This document shows positions 20,491 through 20,660 of a stretch of 20,660 nucleotides of DNA, in pieces. The notes under the pieces were generated by a model, which saw only the letters and a program-made list of their open reading frames with translations, was not told where the DNA came from and made no database searches. Position numbers and translations under genes: made by a program. Where the stretch lies: contig JALAGF010003296.1 in NCBI GenBank assembly GCA_030167865.1, positions 124,001 to 144,660 of the forward strand, in the 5' to 3' direction. Source of the stretch: Craspedostauros australis (lineage: Eukaryota). Each line of letters begins with the position of its first letter. The stretch's first letter is position 1.

Positions 20491-20528
20491 NNNNNNNNNN
20501 NNNNNNNNNNNNNNNNNNNNNNNNNNNN
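20491..20528. other. Assembly gap (38 N)
   Basis: Run of n characters. Confidence 1.
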
Positions 20529-20660
20529 GATGGATATGCGCAATTTTCGATCTCTTTCGTGTTTCGGCCTCTTGCCTACGACTACATCGATCCAATTTAA
20601 CCCTTTGCTGTTCTTTGTTTCAGCGACTGTGTTCCGATTTTGAATTGTTTAGTCTCTTTT

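Overview
Eukaryotic nuclear DNA, most likely a diatom (stramenopile); this is inferred from the gene families and the GT-AG introns. There are four intact protein genes, all on the minus strand, head-to-tail. (1) A large BIG/Sec7-type ARF-GEF with an N-terminal MABP beta-prism, then DCB, HUS and the start of Sec7. It runs 4273 to <1 as a single open frame that leaves the window, so the ORF track misses it. (2) Peroxin PEX1, a double AAA ATPase with 3 exons (9526-5281, ~1167 aa). (3) A ~1583-aa Cid1/URT1-like terminal nucleotidyltransferase with 3 exons (15481-10076). It has a long RGG/Q/H-rich N-terminus, candidate extra folded modules, and Tyr at the usual UTP-selecting His position. (4) A 161-aa two-exon protein of the diatom 'VxF...LGDNP...G.P....W' hypothetical family (17821-17022). 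The rest is intergenic DNA with microsatellites, a short minisatellite, hairpins and a 38-N assembly gap. I recognised no RNA genes, transposons or CRISPR arrays. All domain calls come from motif recognition by eye, not from database searches.
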